NCBI GenBank assembly: GCA_964016885.1
Contig: OZ024757.1
Span: 11,966,001 to 12,030,000 of the forward strand
From: Eledone cirrhosa
Taxonomy: Eukaryota
Direction of reading: 5' to 3'
DNA: 64,000 nucleotides
Program-made: the position numbers and the translations under genes
The notes under the pieces: generated by a model
The model's database searches: none
What the model was told of the DNA's origin: nothing
What the model saw: only the letters and a program-made list of their open reading frames with translations
Shown here: one piece after another, positions 11,988-24,666 of the stretch
Numbering within the stretch: position 1 is the stretch's first letter
How the letters are laid out: each line of letters opens with the position of its first letter

Positions 11988-14900
11988 TACTTGATGCTTT
12001 CGACAGTAAGGAAGAGCAATTAGAGTCGTACAATATAGAAGAACAGTGGGAATTCCTGAAAGCAAACCTGCTGATGGCGGCAGACGAAGTCTGTGGCTGG
12101 AGCAGGCCTGTAGGCAGGAGGAGAGTAACTTGGTGGTGGAACAGTAAGGTGGAGGAGTCAATTAAGTCCAAAAAGCAGGCTTGGAAAGTATGGCGGGATG
12201 GGGGAAGTAGAGAAGACTATCAAGTGGCCAGGAGGGAAGCTAGGAGACAAGTGTACTTCGCAAGAAGGGAAGCAGAGGAAAGAAAGTTCAAGCATGGACC
12301 AAACGCGAGGACCAAAAACGTGAGATGTTCAGGATTGCTAGGCAATGTGTCAAGGAAAACCGTGATATTGTTGGGGAGAAGTGTGTACTTAATGATGATG
12401 GCGTACTTGCCATCACTGACGCTGATAAGAAGGTAGCTTGGAAGTGTCACTACAAAAGGCTACTAAATGAGGAGAATAAATGGGAGAAAGACAGTCTACC
12501 CCACATCGACCCAATAGAGGGACCAGCAGTGTTAGTTGAAGGTAGTATAATAAGTAAGGCAATCAAAGATATGAAGACGGGTAAGGCGGCTGGGCCTTCG
12601 GAAATAGTTGCTGAAAGCCTCTGGAACAGTGGGACACACCATGGTCACCCGGATAGTAAACCAAGTCATACAGAATGGGGTTGTTCCGAAGGACTGGCGT
12701 AGCAGCATCATCATTAACTGCTACAAGGGTAAAGGAGACGCCCTAGATAGGAGTAACTATAGAGGCATTAAATTAATCGACCAGGTCATGAAGGTCACGG
12801 AAAAAGTAATAGCGCAACTAATCAGAGAGAGAATCGATCTAGATGAAATGCAGTTCGGGTTTGTGTCAGGCAAAAGTACCACAGACGCTCTTTTCATTGT
12901 ACGACAACTAGAGGAGAAGTAACTAGCTAAAAGTAAACCCCTATACTTAGCTTTCGTTGACATGGAGAAAGCCCTCGACAGAGTCCCCCGTTCCATTATC
13001 TGGTGGGCTCTTAGAAAACTAGGTGTTGATGAATGGCTTGTGAGAGCTATACAAGCCATGTATAAAGAAACAGTCAACAAGGTTAGAATTAACAACGAAT
13101 ATAGTGAAGAGTTTAGCTCTGTTCTTAGCCCCCTACTATTTATTATTGCCCTTCAGGCTATAACAGTGGAGTTCAAGACCGGCTGCCCATGGGAACTCCT
13201 ATACGCAGATGATCTAACGCTCATAGCTGAATCGATGGCCGAGCTAGAGAGGAAATTCCAAACATGGAAGCACTGCCTAGAATCAAAAGGCCTTAAAATT
13301 AACCTGGCTAAGACTAAAGTTCTAGTTTGTAGGAAAGAAAATAAGGCGCCGGTCCCTTCCGGGAAATAGCCATGCTCAGTGTGTAGGAAAGGCGTAGGTA
13401 GAAACTCCATTTTATGTCCCAAATGCAAAGTATGGGTGCATAAAAGATGTAATGGGATCATAGGTAAGCTAACTAAGAACATAGATTTTACATGTGGCCG
13501 GTGCTCTGGTGCAATAAGTAGCAGCAAGTGCCCACAAAATACTAGCTCTTTCAATTGCGCAGAGGGTTCTATAGAAATAGTGAACAGCTTCCGTTACCTG
13601 GGTGACAAAATCAGCAGTGGGGGAGGGTGCTCTGAAAGTACAGTAGCTAGAGTCAGAACTGGATGGAAAAAGTTCAGAGAGCTCATACCACTATTAGCCG
13701 CTAAAGGGTTCTCCCTAAAAATGAAAGGAAGGCTGTATGATGCCTGCATACGAACAGCAATGTTGCATGGCAGTGAGACCTGGGCATTGTGTGCAGAGGA
13801 TATACGCAGACTAGAGAGGAACGAAGCTTGCAGAGGGCAGAAATTCAATTTTATGTCCCAAATACAAAGTATGGGTACATCAAAGATGTAGTAGGATCAC
13901 AGGTAAACTATCTAAGAATGTAGGACTTTATATGTGGCCGATGCTCAGGTGACAGGTAGCAAGTGTCTAGAGGATACTAGCTCCTTCTATTGCCCAGATG
14001 GTTCTATAGAAATAGTAGACACTTTCCGTTACCTGGGCGAAAAAATCAGCAGTGGTGGAGGGTGTTCTGAAAGTACAGTAGCCAGAGTCAGAACGGGATG
14101 CAAAAAGTTCAGAGAGCTTATACCACTATTGGCCACAAAATGGTTCTCTCTAAAAATGAAAGGCAGGCTGTATGATGCCTGCATACGAACAGCAATGTTA
14201 CAAGGCAGTGAGACATGGGCATTACGTGCAGAGGACCTGCGTAGACTGGAAAGGAACGAAGCATGCATGCTCCGTTGGATGTGTAATAGTAATATACGTG
14301 AACGGCAAAGTATAAATGAACTAAGTGAGAAATTAGGAGTAAGAGGGATCAGATGCTGTTTACCTGAAAGAAGACTTACGTTGGTATGGCCACGTGATGC
14401 GCATGAGAGATGACAGTTGTATAAACAAGTGCAGGGCGATCAAAATTGATGGTAGTTACAGAGTCGGTAGACCCAGAAAAACATGGGACGATTTGATAAA
14501 TTCCGACCTTACACACTTGCACCTCTCCAAGACAATGTCACTGGACCAAGATCTTTGGCGCTACCCAGTAATACAGAAGACCTGCCTTGCCTATGTACAA
14601 AGGGAAACCTACAGTCAGTAGCCTCCTCTTAACCAAATATACACCCCAGTCCACTACCCCTACCCTGTCCTCCCACTCCCTCCAACACCACCCTCTCTCT
14701 ATAAAGTTGGTACCACAACATCCAGTCCCAATAAATGAGAAAATGAGATCGAGATCATGTAGGCATCCTAAAAAAAACACACTGTCCACGCTGTAATGTG
14801 GCCGTGTAGGTAACGCGGTAAAAAGTTCCCAGTTCCACACTGTAAATGTGGTTGGTGTTAGGAAGGGCATCCAGCCGTAGAAATCTGCCAGATAGTCCTA

Positions 14901-15020
14901 TATGAGCGAGACACGGTCACCCGACCAACCTTGCCTCAAGTGGGACAACTCCCGTCTAACCCATGCTAGCGTGGAAAATGGATGTTAATTGAAGATGATG
15001 ATGATGATGATGATGATGAT
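11988..15020 (+). mobile_element. 5'-truncated RTE-clade LINE, frameshifted, with an internal tandem duplication
   Basis: RT motifs KGKGDALDRSNYRGIKL, QFGF..GKSTTDA, ELLYADDL, FRYLG, RWYGHV, GRPRKTW. About 13385-13830 is duplicated at about 13840-14270. Ends in (GAT)n. Confidence 0.9.
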
Positions 15021-15490
<470 letters not shown>

Positions 15491-16390
15491 AGCTAGAGTC
15501 AGAACGGGATGCAAAAAGTTCAGAGAGCTTTACCACTATTGGCCGCTAAAGGGTTCTCTCCAAAAATGAAAGGCAGGCTGTATGATGCCTGCATACGAAC
15601 AGCAATGTTACATGGCAGTGAGACCTGGGCATTGTGTGCAGAGGATATATGCACACTGGAGAGAAACGAAGCTTGCATGCTCCGCTGGATGTGTAATAGT
15701 AATATACGTGAACGGCAAAGCATAAACGAACTAAGGGAAAAATTAGAAATAAGAGGGATCAGATGTTGTTTACTCGAGAGAAGGCTACGTTGGTATGGTC
15801 ACCTGATGCGCATGAAAGACGAGAGCTGTATAAAAAAGTTCAGGGCAATAAAACTAGACGGTAGCCACGGAGTAGGCAGACCCAGAAAAACCTGGGACGA
15901 CTTGATAAATTCCGACCTCACACACTTACACCTCTCCAAGACAATGTCACTGGACCGAGATCTTTGGCGCTACACAGTTATACCGAAGACCCGCCTTGCC
16001 TAAGTACAAAGCGAAACCTACAGTCAGTAGGCACCTCTAACAAAATATACCCCGTCCCACTACCCCCACCCCATCCACACCACCCCCTTAAATGTGAAGT
16101 TATGTTGATACCACAACATCGAGCCCGAAACAAATGAGGTTGTGTAGGTGTCACGACAAAAAAACACGCAGCCCATGCTGTAATGTGGCCATGTAGGTAA
16201 CACGGTAAAAACCTCCCAGTTCCACACTGTAAATGTGGCTGATGTTAGGAAGGGCATCCAGCCGTAGAAAACCTGCCAGACAGTCCTATACGAGCAGGAC
16301 AACTAATCTTGCCTCAAGTGGGAAACCTCCCGTCCAAACCCATGCAAGCGTGGAAGATGGACGTTAAACGACGATGATGATAATGATGAT
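15491..16390 (+). mobile_element. RTE LINE 3' fragment
   Basis: ORF 15509-16003 (LHGSETW, RWYGHLM, GRPRKTWDD), 3'UTR and (GAT)n tail. Confidence 0.9.
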
Positions 16391-16573
16391 ATAAAACATA
16401 TCTGCAATGTTATTTATATATATATATATAAAACATATGTAATGTTATTTATATATATATATAGAGAGAGAGAAAATTGAGGTTGGTAATGGCACATGGA
16501 ATATATAAGAGACAGAATACTTTTTTGTGAAAAAACATAATTTTATAAGGTAAGGAAATAATAAAGGGTATAA

Positions 16574-16621
16574 AAAATGACCGGTTTCGATGGGTCTGCA
16601 AAAGCCATCTTTTCAAATGTT
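16574..16621 (-). ncRNA. Hammerhead ribozyme variant (U3-A8 core) in the 3' pseudo-LTR
   Basis: TTGAAAA-GATGG..CCATC-GAAA-CCGG-TC. Stem I is weak. Confidence 0.5.
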
Positions 16622-16891
16622 GATTAATATTAAGAAAAATTAATAATACGAAGAGTTAAAATTTGAGACTTGAAAATTCAAGTATAAAATTCATTGTGGG
16701 ATTTCATAGCAGTTTTCATCTAGGTAGCAACAACAGGTTGACTGCTGTGTCCCTTTCTGGTAGTGAATGAGAAGTTATTTGGGGTGTGGGTTATTTTATA
16801 AAGGTCAGATTTAGCAATCGCCAGCTGCTGGTCAGTGAGGGGGTGGAAGCAATATACACACACATATCTTCCTGTGATGGGTAGGAGAGTG

Positions 16892-16922
<31 letters not shown>

Positions 16923-17524
16923 CCACACATACATACACACACACATATATATATACATACACACATACAAACATCCACACACACACACACACACATATAT
17001 ATACACACATACACACACACATATATATACACACACACACACACGCATATATATATATATATACACATACGCATACATCCAGATACCCACATACATACAC
17101 ACACACACACACACACGCACACACAATACATACATCCACATGCACACACATACTCACACACACACACACACACATACATACACCCACACACAGAGAAATG
17201 GCCCTCAAATATATATATATATATATACATACAGACATATATTTTTTCCATAATATAAGAAGTTGGGGCAGTGAAATTAAAATACAAGTCATTCTGATCA
17301 CATTGAGTTCTTCATGTAGATTGGGCCCCGCAACCGACAGTGGTGAATTCTGTGTGCGCATATATATATAGATATATGTGTGTGCACGTGCAGGGTTTAA
17401 CATGGATGTGTTGGTCACACAAAGGCATGGTCTGTCAATGAATAAACCTGATTCTACAGAATTGGTCTCTGGTCTTTAATAGTAGTGATTCCGTGCGTAT
17501 GTGTGTTTATATTTTATGACAATT

Positions 17525-19801
17525 CTATTGGGGTGATAACCCGTTTAGTTTTGGTTTAAATTTGTTAAGGAATAGATTTTCTTTGTTTATTCTTTGTTGT
17601 TGTGTGAACGAATCTGAGCACTTGTAGAAGGGGAAGATTTTAAAGTTGGGTAGTGTCATTCCTGCGCAGTTCGCAATATGGCTGCTCAAGGGGATTTTTC
17701 TTGTGTTAGCGTCCCGGATTTTTTGGCGGTGGATGGTCATTCTTTTGCGTAATGAGGTGCCCGTCTGTCCTATGTAGTTGTGTTTGCACCCACCGCAAGT
17801 TATTGCGTAAATCAAGTTCTCCGAGTTGCAGGTGAAATTGTTTTTTACTGTAAATGTTTGGCCATCTTTGAATGTAAATGTTTGTCCTTCAGTGAGGTAG
17901 AGGCACGTTCCACAGTTTGTTCTACCACATTTGGTAACTGTAGGGTTGAGGATTGGTTTGGGTATATTTGGTCCAGTGAGAATGCGTTTAAGTGATTTGG
18001 GTTGTCTTTTACTTTTAAGGATCTTGTGTGTTTCAAGAATAGACTTCATTTTTACATCTTTAAGTAGGATGGGGAGGTTTTTGTGTAGGTGATCAAACAT
18101 TTCGGTATTTCTGGGGTTGAAAGTGGATACATATGGCAGGGTGTTGAGTGTGGTTTTCTGTTTTGGATTGTTAAGTTGATGGGGATTTAGGTGTTTTGCC
18201 CTGTCTATTCCATTGTTGATTATTTCAAGTGGAAAGGCTCTTAAGATAAGGGTGTCTTTTAGTTCCTTTAGTCTTTGCTCCCGTTTAGGTGGATCTGATA
18301 CTATGGTACATATACGTTTGGCCAAATTGTAAGGAATGTTAAGTTTTGTATGTTTTGGGTGACTTGATGTGAAAAAGAGGTATTGCTTGGAATCTGTGGG
18401 TTTATAGAATATATCTGTATCTAATTTCCCGTCTATTACAGAGATGAGAATATCCAAGAAGGCTAATTCCTTAGGATTGGATTCCATTGTGAATTGTATG
18501 TTATTATCTATGTTGTTTATCATGTTTTTAAACGTAGTAAGTGAGTTCATGTCTTCTTGCCATAGGATAAAGCAGTCGTCTAGATATCTTTTCCAATTGG
18601 CTTTGAGGTGTGTGTGGAAAGAGTCTCCAAATAAGAGAAGGGACTGACTGTATATTTGTTCTTCATGGAATCCCATGACTAGGTTGGCATATGTGGGTGC
18701 TACTTTCGTGCCCATTGCCGTACCTGATACTTGTCTGTATGTTGAACCATTGAATGTGAAGTAGTTATTTTGTAGGATAAAGCGGAGTCCGTCAGTGATA
18801 AAATCTGTGTTGATGCGTGTCGGTATTTCTGATGGGTGTGTGTTAAACCAGTATTGGACTGCTGTTATTCCATAGTTGTGAGGTATGTTTGTGTAGAGGT
18901 TTATTACGTCAAAGGAGACAAGAATTGTATTTGCACTTACTGTTTTAGGGAGGTGTTTCAGCATGTCAAGGTCATCTCGTATGTAGCTCTGTATATGTTG
19001 TAGAAAGGGTTTCAGTAGGATGTCCAGAACGTTGCTAAGTCTGTGGGTTTCACATGTAGGGCCTGCTATAATTGGCCTGAGTTTTAGGTCTTCTGGTGGT
19101 GTTAGTTCAATGTAATTGTTGGTTGAGGTGTCACATGCATCGTTTATGGGTTTACATTTGTGAAGTTTCGGTAAGCCGTAAAAAGAGCTTGTATTGCATT
19201 TGAAGTGGCTTATATAGTTAAACTCTTTTGTGGTTAAGCTGTTGCGGTATTTATTCAGTAAGGTCAAAAGGTTCCCCATTGTTTTGGTGTGTTTGTAGTT
19301 TTCTGTTTTTTCATAGTATGTGTTGTTTTCTAAAATGTTAAGTGCGAGGGTCCTATAGTAGTCCGTATTCATAATCACAACAGTACTGCCTTTATCGGCT
19401 TCTTTGATAGTTATCTCAGGGTTGTTTCTAAGTGTGAATAATTCTTCCCATTCGTGTGTAGATAGGTTTGATTTCGTGTGTTTATTTGTAATTTTTTCAT
19501 AGGGAAAGTTGGTGATGTGTTCGCAGTACGTGTCCAGTGCTTTATTTCTTCCCTTTTGTGGGCAGAAATTGCTTTTATTTCTAACCAGTGATTCGTCTTC
19601 AGTGTTGGTGTCGTTGTGGAAGAATTCCGTTAGTCGCAGCTTTCGGCAGTATTCCATGATGTCATCCTTCATTTCGGGGAAGTTTGGTTTACGTGGTGTA
19701 GGTGTAAATTTCAGGCCCTTACTTAAAATGTTGATTTGTGTGTTGGTTAGAGGTGTCTTTGAGAGGTTGATTATTTTTGGTTTCTCCTGAGGGGGGGCCA
19801 T
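17525..19801 (-). CDS. PLE reverse transcriptase + GIY-YIG endonuclease (758 aa, uninterrupted)
   Basis: IINLS start, LSKGLKF, FYGLPKLHK, LRPII, LVSFDVINLYTNIP, QVSGTAMG, RYLDD, FLD. Cys linker CGRTNCGTC. NLIYAITC..YIGQT (GIY-YIG). Confidence 0.93.
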   Translation of the reverse strand: MAPPQEKPKIINLSKTPLTNTQINILSKGLKFTPTPRKPNFPEMKDDIMEYCRKLRLTEFFHNDTNTEDESLVRNKSNFCPQKGRNKALDTYCEHITNFPYEKITNKHTKSNLSTHEWEELFTLRNNPEITIKEADKGSTVVIMNTDYYRTLALNILENNTYYEKTENYKHTKTMGNLLTLLNKYRNSLTTKEFNYISHFKCNTSSFYGLPKLHKCKPINDACDTSTNNYIELTPPEDLKLRPIIAGPTCETHRLSNVLDILLKPFLQHIQSYIRDDLDMLKHLPKTVSANTILVSFDVINLYTNIPHNYGITAVQYWFNTHPSEIPTRINTDFITDGLRFILQNNYFTFNGSTYRQVSGTAMGTKVAPTYANLVMGFHEEQIYSQSLLLFGDSFHTHLKANWKRYLDDCFILWQEDMNSLTTFKNMINNIDNNIQFTMESNPKELAFLDILISVIDGKLDTDIFYKPTDSKQYLFFTSSHPKHTKLNIPYNLAKRICTIVSDPPKREQRLKELKDTLILRAFPLEIINNGIDRAKHLNPHQLNNPKQKTTLNTLPYVSTFNPRNTEMFDHLHKNLPILLKDVKMKSILETHKILKSKRQPKSLKRILTGPNIPKPILNPTVTKCGRTNCGTCLYLTEGQTFTFKDGQTFTVKNNFTCNSENLIYAITCGGCKHNYIGQTGTSLRKRMTIHRQKIRDANTRKIPLSSHIANCAGMTLPNFKIFPFYKCSDSFTQQQRINKENLFLNKFKPKLNGLSPQ

Positions 19802-21036
19802 CGAGTATCCTGGTATTTCAGGCTTTTCCCTAAAAAAGGAATGTAGTTTTGTGTGTGATTATATTTTGTTGGTCTGTTGCGTGTGGGTCTGTAGCTTGTT
19901 GTTTCATGAGGGTGAATGTGATGGTGGGGGTGGTATGTGTTGTGGTTGTTGATGAGCAAGGGTTCTGTTGTTGGTTCATGTGGTCTGGGTGCGTTATTTC
20001 TGTGGTACAGAGTGTTGAGGCTGGGGGGTTGTCTTTTGTTGGATTGAGGGTGATGTCTGGTGTGGTTGTGGGTAAGTTCTGTTGTGATTTCAAGTGGCCT
20101 GGGTGGATTTCTTCTGAGGAATGTGGTGTGTGTGTTGTGAGTTGGATCTATGTTATTTCGTCGTTGGTTTATGTAGGGGGCATTTCTACGGAAACCTGTG
20201 TTGTGGTGGTTGGGTGTGTTTCTTTTGGTGTAGTTGGCCGTATTTGGTTTGTGTTGGTGGGGGATGTGCCTGTGGTTAGTGTGTGTTGGGTTTGGTGGTG
20301 TAAATGTGTCTGTTGTAGTTCTTGTTATGTTCAAATGCTTTATAAAGGGGTTACCTGTTTGGTGCGTCCTTTTAAAGTCTTCTTCATATTTGAGGAACCA
20401 GTTTTCGGATTTTTCCCACCGTTTAAGGGAAATAGTTTCTGCATTCTCGCAGTCCTGTTTCCACGATTTGATTAAATTTTGTAGGGTTGTTCCCTCGGCC
20501 TTTTTAGTGCATTCTTCCTCCATATTTTTATCAGTATCCTTATACTCTTGCTCGTTTGAGGTGGCCCTTAATTTTAGGAGTTCTATTTCCATGTTTATCC
20601 TGTTGAGTGACATTTGTTCACGGAGTTTACTTTCTGGTTCAGGTTCGTTTGTAATATGCTTTATTTGGAATTTACGTGGTAAAACTATCGGTGTTGAGTT
20701 AATCCATTTTTGGTAAATTCCAGCTTTGTTGAGGTTTTTTATCATATTTCAGAAAGTGAATTTTCTGGTTTTTAGATGTTTTTTCCAGAGGTGTCCCATT
20801 TGGTTTTTGATATGGAGCAATGTCGTTTGTTCTGTGTTGGTATTCATAAGTTTTTCGATGGAGTTGCATACGTTTTGAACGTTTAAATAAATTTGGTTGT
20901 CAGTCGGTGTGGTGGTTTGGGGTATATCCTGTTTTTTTGTCAGAATGGTGAGTTTTCCATTTATCTCTTTTAGGATTTTCAGGATTTCCTCATTGATATT
21001 GGAGTTTGAAGTGGTGTTGTCTTGTTCCAGTGCCAT
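19771..21036 (-). CDS. PLE upstream ORF1 (helical N-half, H/N/P/T-rich C-half) with one in-frame TGA at 20749-20751
   Basis: ORFs 20749-21036 and 19771-20745 share a frame and are separated by a single TGA. ORF1 lies inside the element and overlaps the RT ORF in the -1 frame. Confidence 0.65.
19831..19837 (-). promoter_or_regulatory. Candidate -1 ribosomal frameshift slippery heptamer U_UUU_UUA
   Basis: CCT TTT TTA GGG in the ORF1 frame. The -1 frame stays open from here into the RT ORF. Confidence 0.6.
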
Positions 21037-21205
21037 TTTCCGGATTTGCGTAGGTTAGTATATATGAAAAGTGTAATTTTCTACACAAAACGAAGGTTAT
21101 AGAGAAAATTGAGGTTGGTAATGGCACATGGAATATATAAGAGACAGAATACTTTTTTGTGAAAAAACATAATTTTATAAGGTAAGGAAATAATAAAGGG
21201 TATAA

Positions 21206-21253
21206 AAAATGACCGGTTTCGATGGGTCTGCAAAAGCCATCTTTTCAAATGTT
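21206..21253 (-). ncRNA. Hammerhead ribozyme variant (U3-A8 core) in the 5' pseudo-LTR
   Basis: Identical copy of 16574-16621. Confidence 0.5.
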
Positions 21254-21601
21254 GATTAATATTAAGAAAAATTAATAATACGAAGAGTTAAAATTTGAGA
21301 CTGGAAAATTCAAGTATAAAATTCATTGTGGGATTTCATAGCAGTTTTCATCTAGGTAGCAACAACAGGTTGACTGCTGTGTCCCTTTCTGGTAGTGAAT
21401 GAGAAGTTATTTGGGGTGTGGGTTATTTTATAAAGGTCAGATTTAGCAATCGCCAGCTGCTGGTCAGTGAGGGGGTGGAAGCAATATACACACACATATC
21501 TTCCTGTGATGGGTAGGAGAGTGGAGCGTGATAGAAAAGGATTTAGTGCACTTACACCTATATATACACACATACCTTCATCCACACATACATACATATA
21601 C

Positions 21602-21642
<41 letters not shown>

Positions 21643-21715
21643 CACACATACATACACACACACATACATACATATACATACACACATACACACACACACA
21701 CATATATATACACAT

Positions 21716-21768
<53 letters not shown>

Positions 21769-21839
21769 TATATATACATACACATACATCCAGATACACA
21801 CATACATACACGCACACACACACACACATATATATATAT

Positions 21840-21893
<54 letters not shown>

Positions 21894-22253
21894 CCCCACA
21901 CATACATACACACACACATATATATATACATACACACATACAAACATCCACACACACACACACACACATATATATACACACATACACACACATATATATA
22001 TACACACACACACACACACACGCATATATATATATATATACACATACGCATACATCCAGATACCCACATACATACACACACACACACACACGCACACATA
22101 CATATATATATATATACATACATATATATAAAACATTTCTGTAATGTTATTCAATTGAAAATTAAACTTAAAGGTGTAGTAATGCCACAAATGTGGTTCT
22201 ATCTTTAAATAATTAGATACTTATTTATATAATTGTTAATACAAGTGCCACAG

Positions 22254-22291
<38 letters not shown>

Positions 22292-22568
22292 CTAGAGTCC
22301 CAGAGACCGAGAGAAGAATGAAGGACAGGTATATGCATGGTAGAAATAGCAGCCAAAGCCCAGCAAAGTACAGAATGAAGAACACACTCACTCCCTCTCT
22401 CTTTCTCTCTCACACACACACACATATATATTTATGTATGCATGTATGTATATGGTTAATGGAATTATGTAATAAAATGAAGATAATCAAATAAAACTGT
22501 CTCTCTTATTTATTATACTGACACTTCGATTGATACCTTACTGAGAAAATCCTAATCGTAAAGTGCTT

Positions 22569-22629
<61 letters not shown>

Positions 22630-22670
22630 TTCAAAATATTAACAAAATAGACATTCATGTGATCAAGTAT

Positions 22671-22735
22671 ATTTTATTATACATATTTCAGAGGTACTGA
22701 GCTATCTTAATCAGTACATCCTCATCAGATAAAAT
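22671..22735 (-). ncRNA. Type I hammerhead motif (left arm of the inverted repeat at about 22626-22920)
   Basis: ATTTTAT-CTGATGA-GGATGTACTGA..TCAGTACCTCT-GAAA-TATGTA-TA-ATAAAAT. Confidence 0.65.
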
Positions 22736-22805
22736 AGGATGTCATGGTAGTACCATGACTGAATCTTAACCATCTACTATGTCAGGGTATGTCATGCATC
22801 ATTTT

Positions 22806-22870
22806 ATTTTATCTGATGAGGACGTACTGTTGAAGATAGCTCTGTACCTCTGAAATATGTATAATAAAAT
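22806..22870 (+). ncRNA. Type I hammerhead motif (right arm)
   Basis: ATTTTAT-CTGATGA-GGACGTAC..GTACCTCT-GAAA-TATGTA-TA-ATAAAAT with a 7-bp stem I. Confidence 0.6.
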
Positions 22871-23084
22871 ATACTTGATCACACGAACGTCTATTTTTGT
22901 TAATATTTTGAATTAATATTAATAACTCCGGAAAACCATAGCTGTTGAGTGCTTCCCATCTATTGTAAAACTCATTCTTTGATTTATTCATTGAACCTTG
23001 TTTAACCTTTAAATATATATATATATATTTCGTTTCTGAATTTGTTTAGCAAGATTCTTTATCTGAAATCGTGTGTTGAAACCG

Positions 23085-23215
23085 ATATTGTTATACTTTG
23101 GGAGGGTCATGTTGCCAATAAGAAACACACGCACCAGTTGCTTTCACTTGAAGTGAAAGCAACTGGTGCGTGTGTTTCTTATTGGCAACATGACCCTCCC
23201 AAAGTATAACAATAT
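23085..23215. repeat. Perfect palindrome, 65-bp arms, 1-nt centre (23150)
   Basis: atattgttatactttggg...ctttcactt-g-aagtgaaag...cccaaagtataacaatat. Confidence 0.9.
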
Positions 23216-23408
23216 ATATATATATATATATGTAAAAGGTAAACAGAAATAACAACACAATCGGTACAGTATATGGAAGGTATATAATAGGTTAACGCTT
23301 GATATAGCAGGAAGAGGGTCTTAACGTTTTGGACGCTAGTCCTTTATCAGAAGAAAGAGCGATAAATAAAATAGATATATATATATAGTGAAGCACTTTG
23401 CGATTAGG

Positions 23409-23470
<62 letters not shown>

Positions 23471-24565
23471 TTATTCTGGGCTGAATTGGAGGTAACCACA
23501 GTAAGTAAAGTACTCAATACATAGCAGAGTATAAAAGTTTTAATATAGACGAGCTTCTACAGGACTAGAACTGTTTCATTCATGAGAAATCATCAGGGAG
23601 CTGCCTGTCCAAGTAGTGGTATTTATATCTTTTCTTTTCTGGTGGTAGGAGAGGGTGGGGGTTGGGATGGGTGGAGGTCATTGGTTGAAGGATTTAAAGA
23701 AAAGGGAGTTCATTAAAAGCTAATTCTTTAAAGCTATAGTAATAACAAAGGCAGGAAGAATACTGTAAACAAAATCATGTTTGGAATACCAATCCTAGTT
23801 TATCACTTATACTAACAATGGCTGTAAGACAGGTGTCTACAGGATGGGTGGGGTTCAATGGTTTAAAGAAAAGGGAAATTCTTTAGAAGCTAATTCATTA
23901 CGGCTGAAATAAGGGTGACAAATATTTTGCGGGTCTGCAGTTTATGTAAACCTTCTTATTTGGTCTTGTTAACTGGCATCTGACTGCTATTTCTAGCATA
24001 TATTAATACACACTTTAGAAATAGCAGCCAAAAGTCAGCTAACAACACTATAGGAAACACTAGAAAGAAGGACTCATGCACACACACATATATATATATA
24101 TATAAATGTGTGTGTGAATTATTTTTCCCACATCTTACGTTAACTATTTTCCCATTTTGACGCTATAGTCACTTATATATTATGGAATACTGTTGGCTTC
24201 TTGCTACAATAATTTCTATACTTTTCATATATATATATATATATATATATATCATCATCATCATCATCGTTTAACGTCCATATTCCACGCTTGCATGGGT
24301 TTGGACGGGAGTTTTCCCACTTGAGGCAAGAGTGGTTGTCTTGCTCGCATAGGACTGTCTGGCGGGTTTTCTACGGCTGGATGCCCTTCCTATACATGTA
24401 CACACACACAGGCACGTGTGTGTGCGTTTATATATATATATATACATATATATATACACACACACACGCACAAATATATTAATATATGTGCTTATATATA
24501 TATAATATATGTATGTATGTATGTGTGTGTATATATGTGTATGTGTACTTATTCATACATACATA

Positions 24566-24606
<41 letters not shown>

Positions 24607-24666
24607 GTTTATATATATGTAAATACATATACACATATATATATATATATGTATAGATATGTATAT

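Larger units (their letters stand above)
16469..22130 (-). mobile_element. Near full-length Penelope-like retroelement (Neptune-like) with direct pseudo-LTRs
   Basis: RT+GIY-YIG ORF, an upstream ORF, and near-identical direct repeats at 16469-16891 and 21101-21523 that extend into shared (CA/TA)-rich sequence. Confidence 0.9.

Noticed and set aside
19849-20716. Plus-strand ORFs of 208 aa and 160 aa
   Set aside because: Antisense shadows of the low-complexity PLE ORF1.
23565-23605. CTGATGA...GAAA on the minus strand as a functional hammerhead
   Set aside because: Stems I and III do not pair convincingly. It is kept only as a decayed core.
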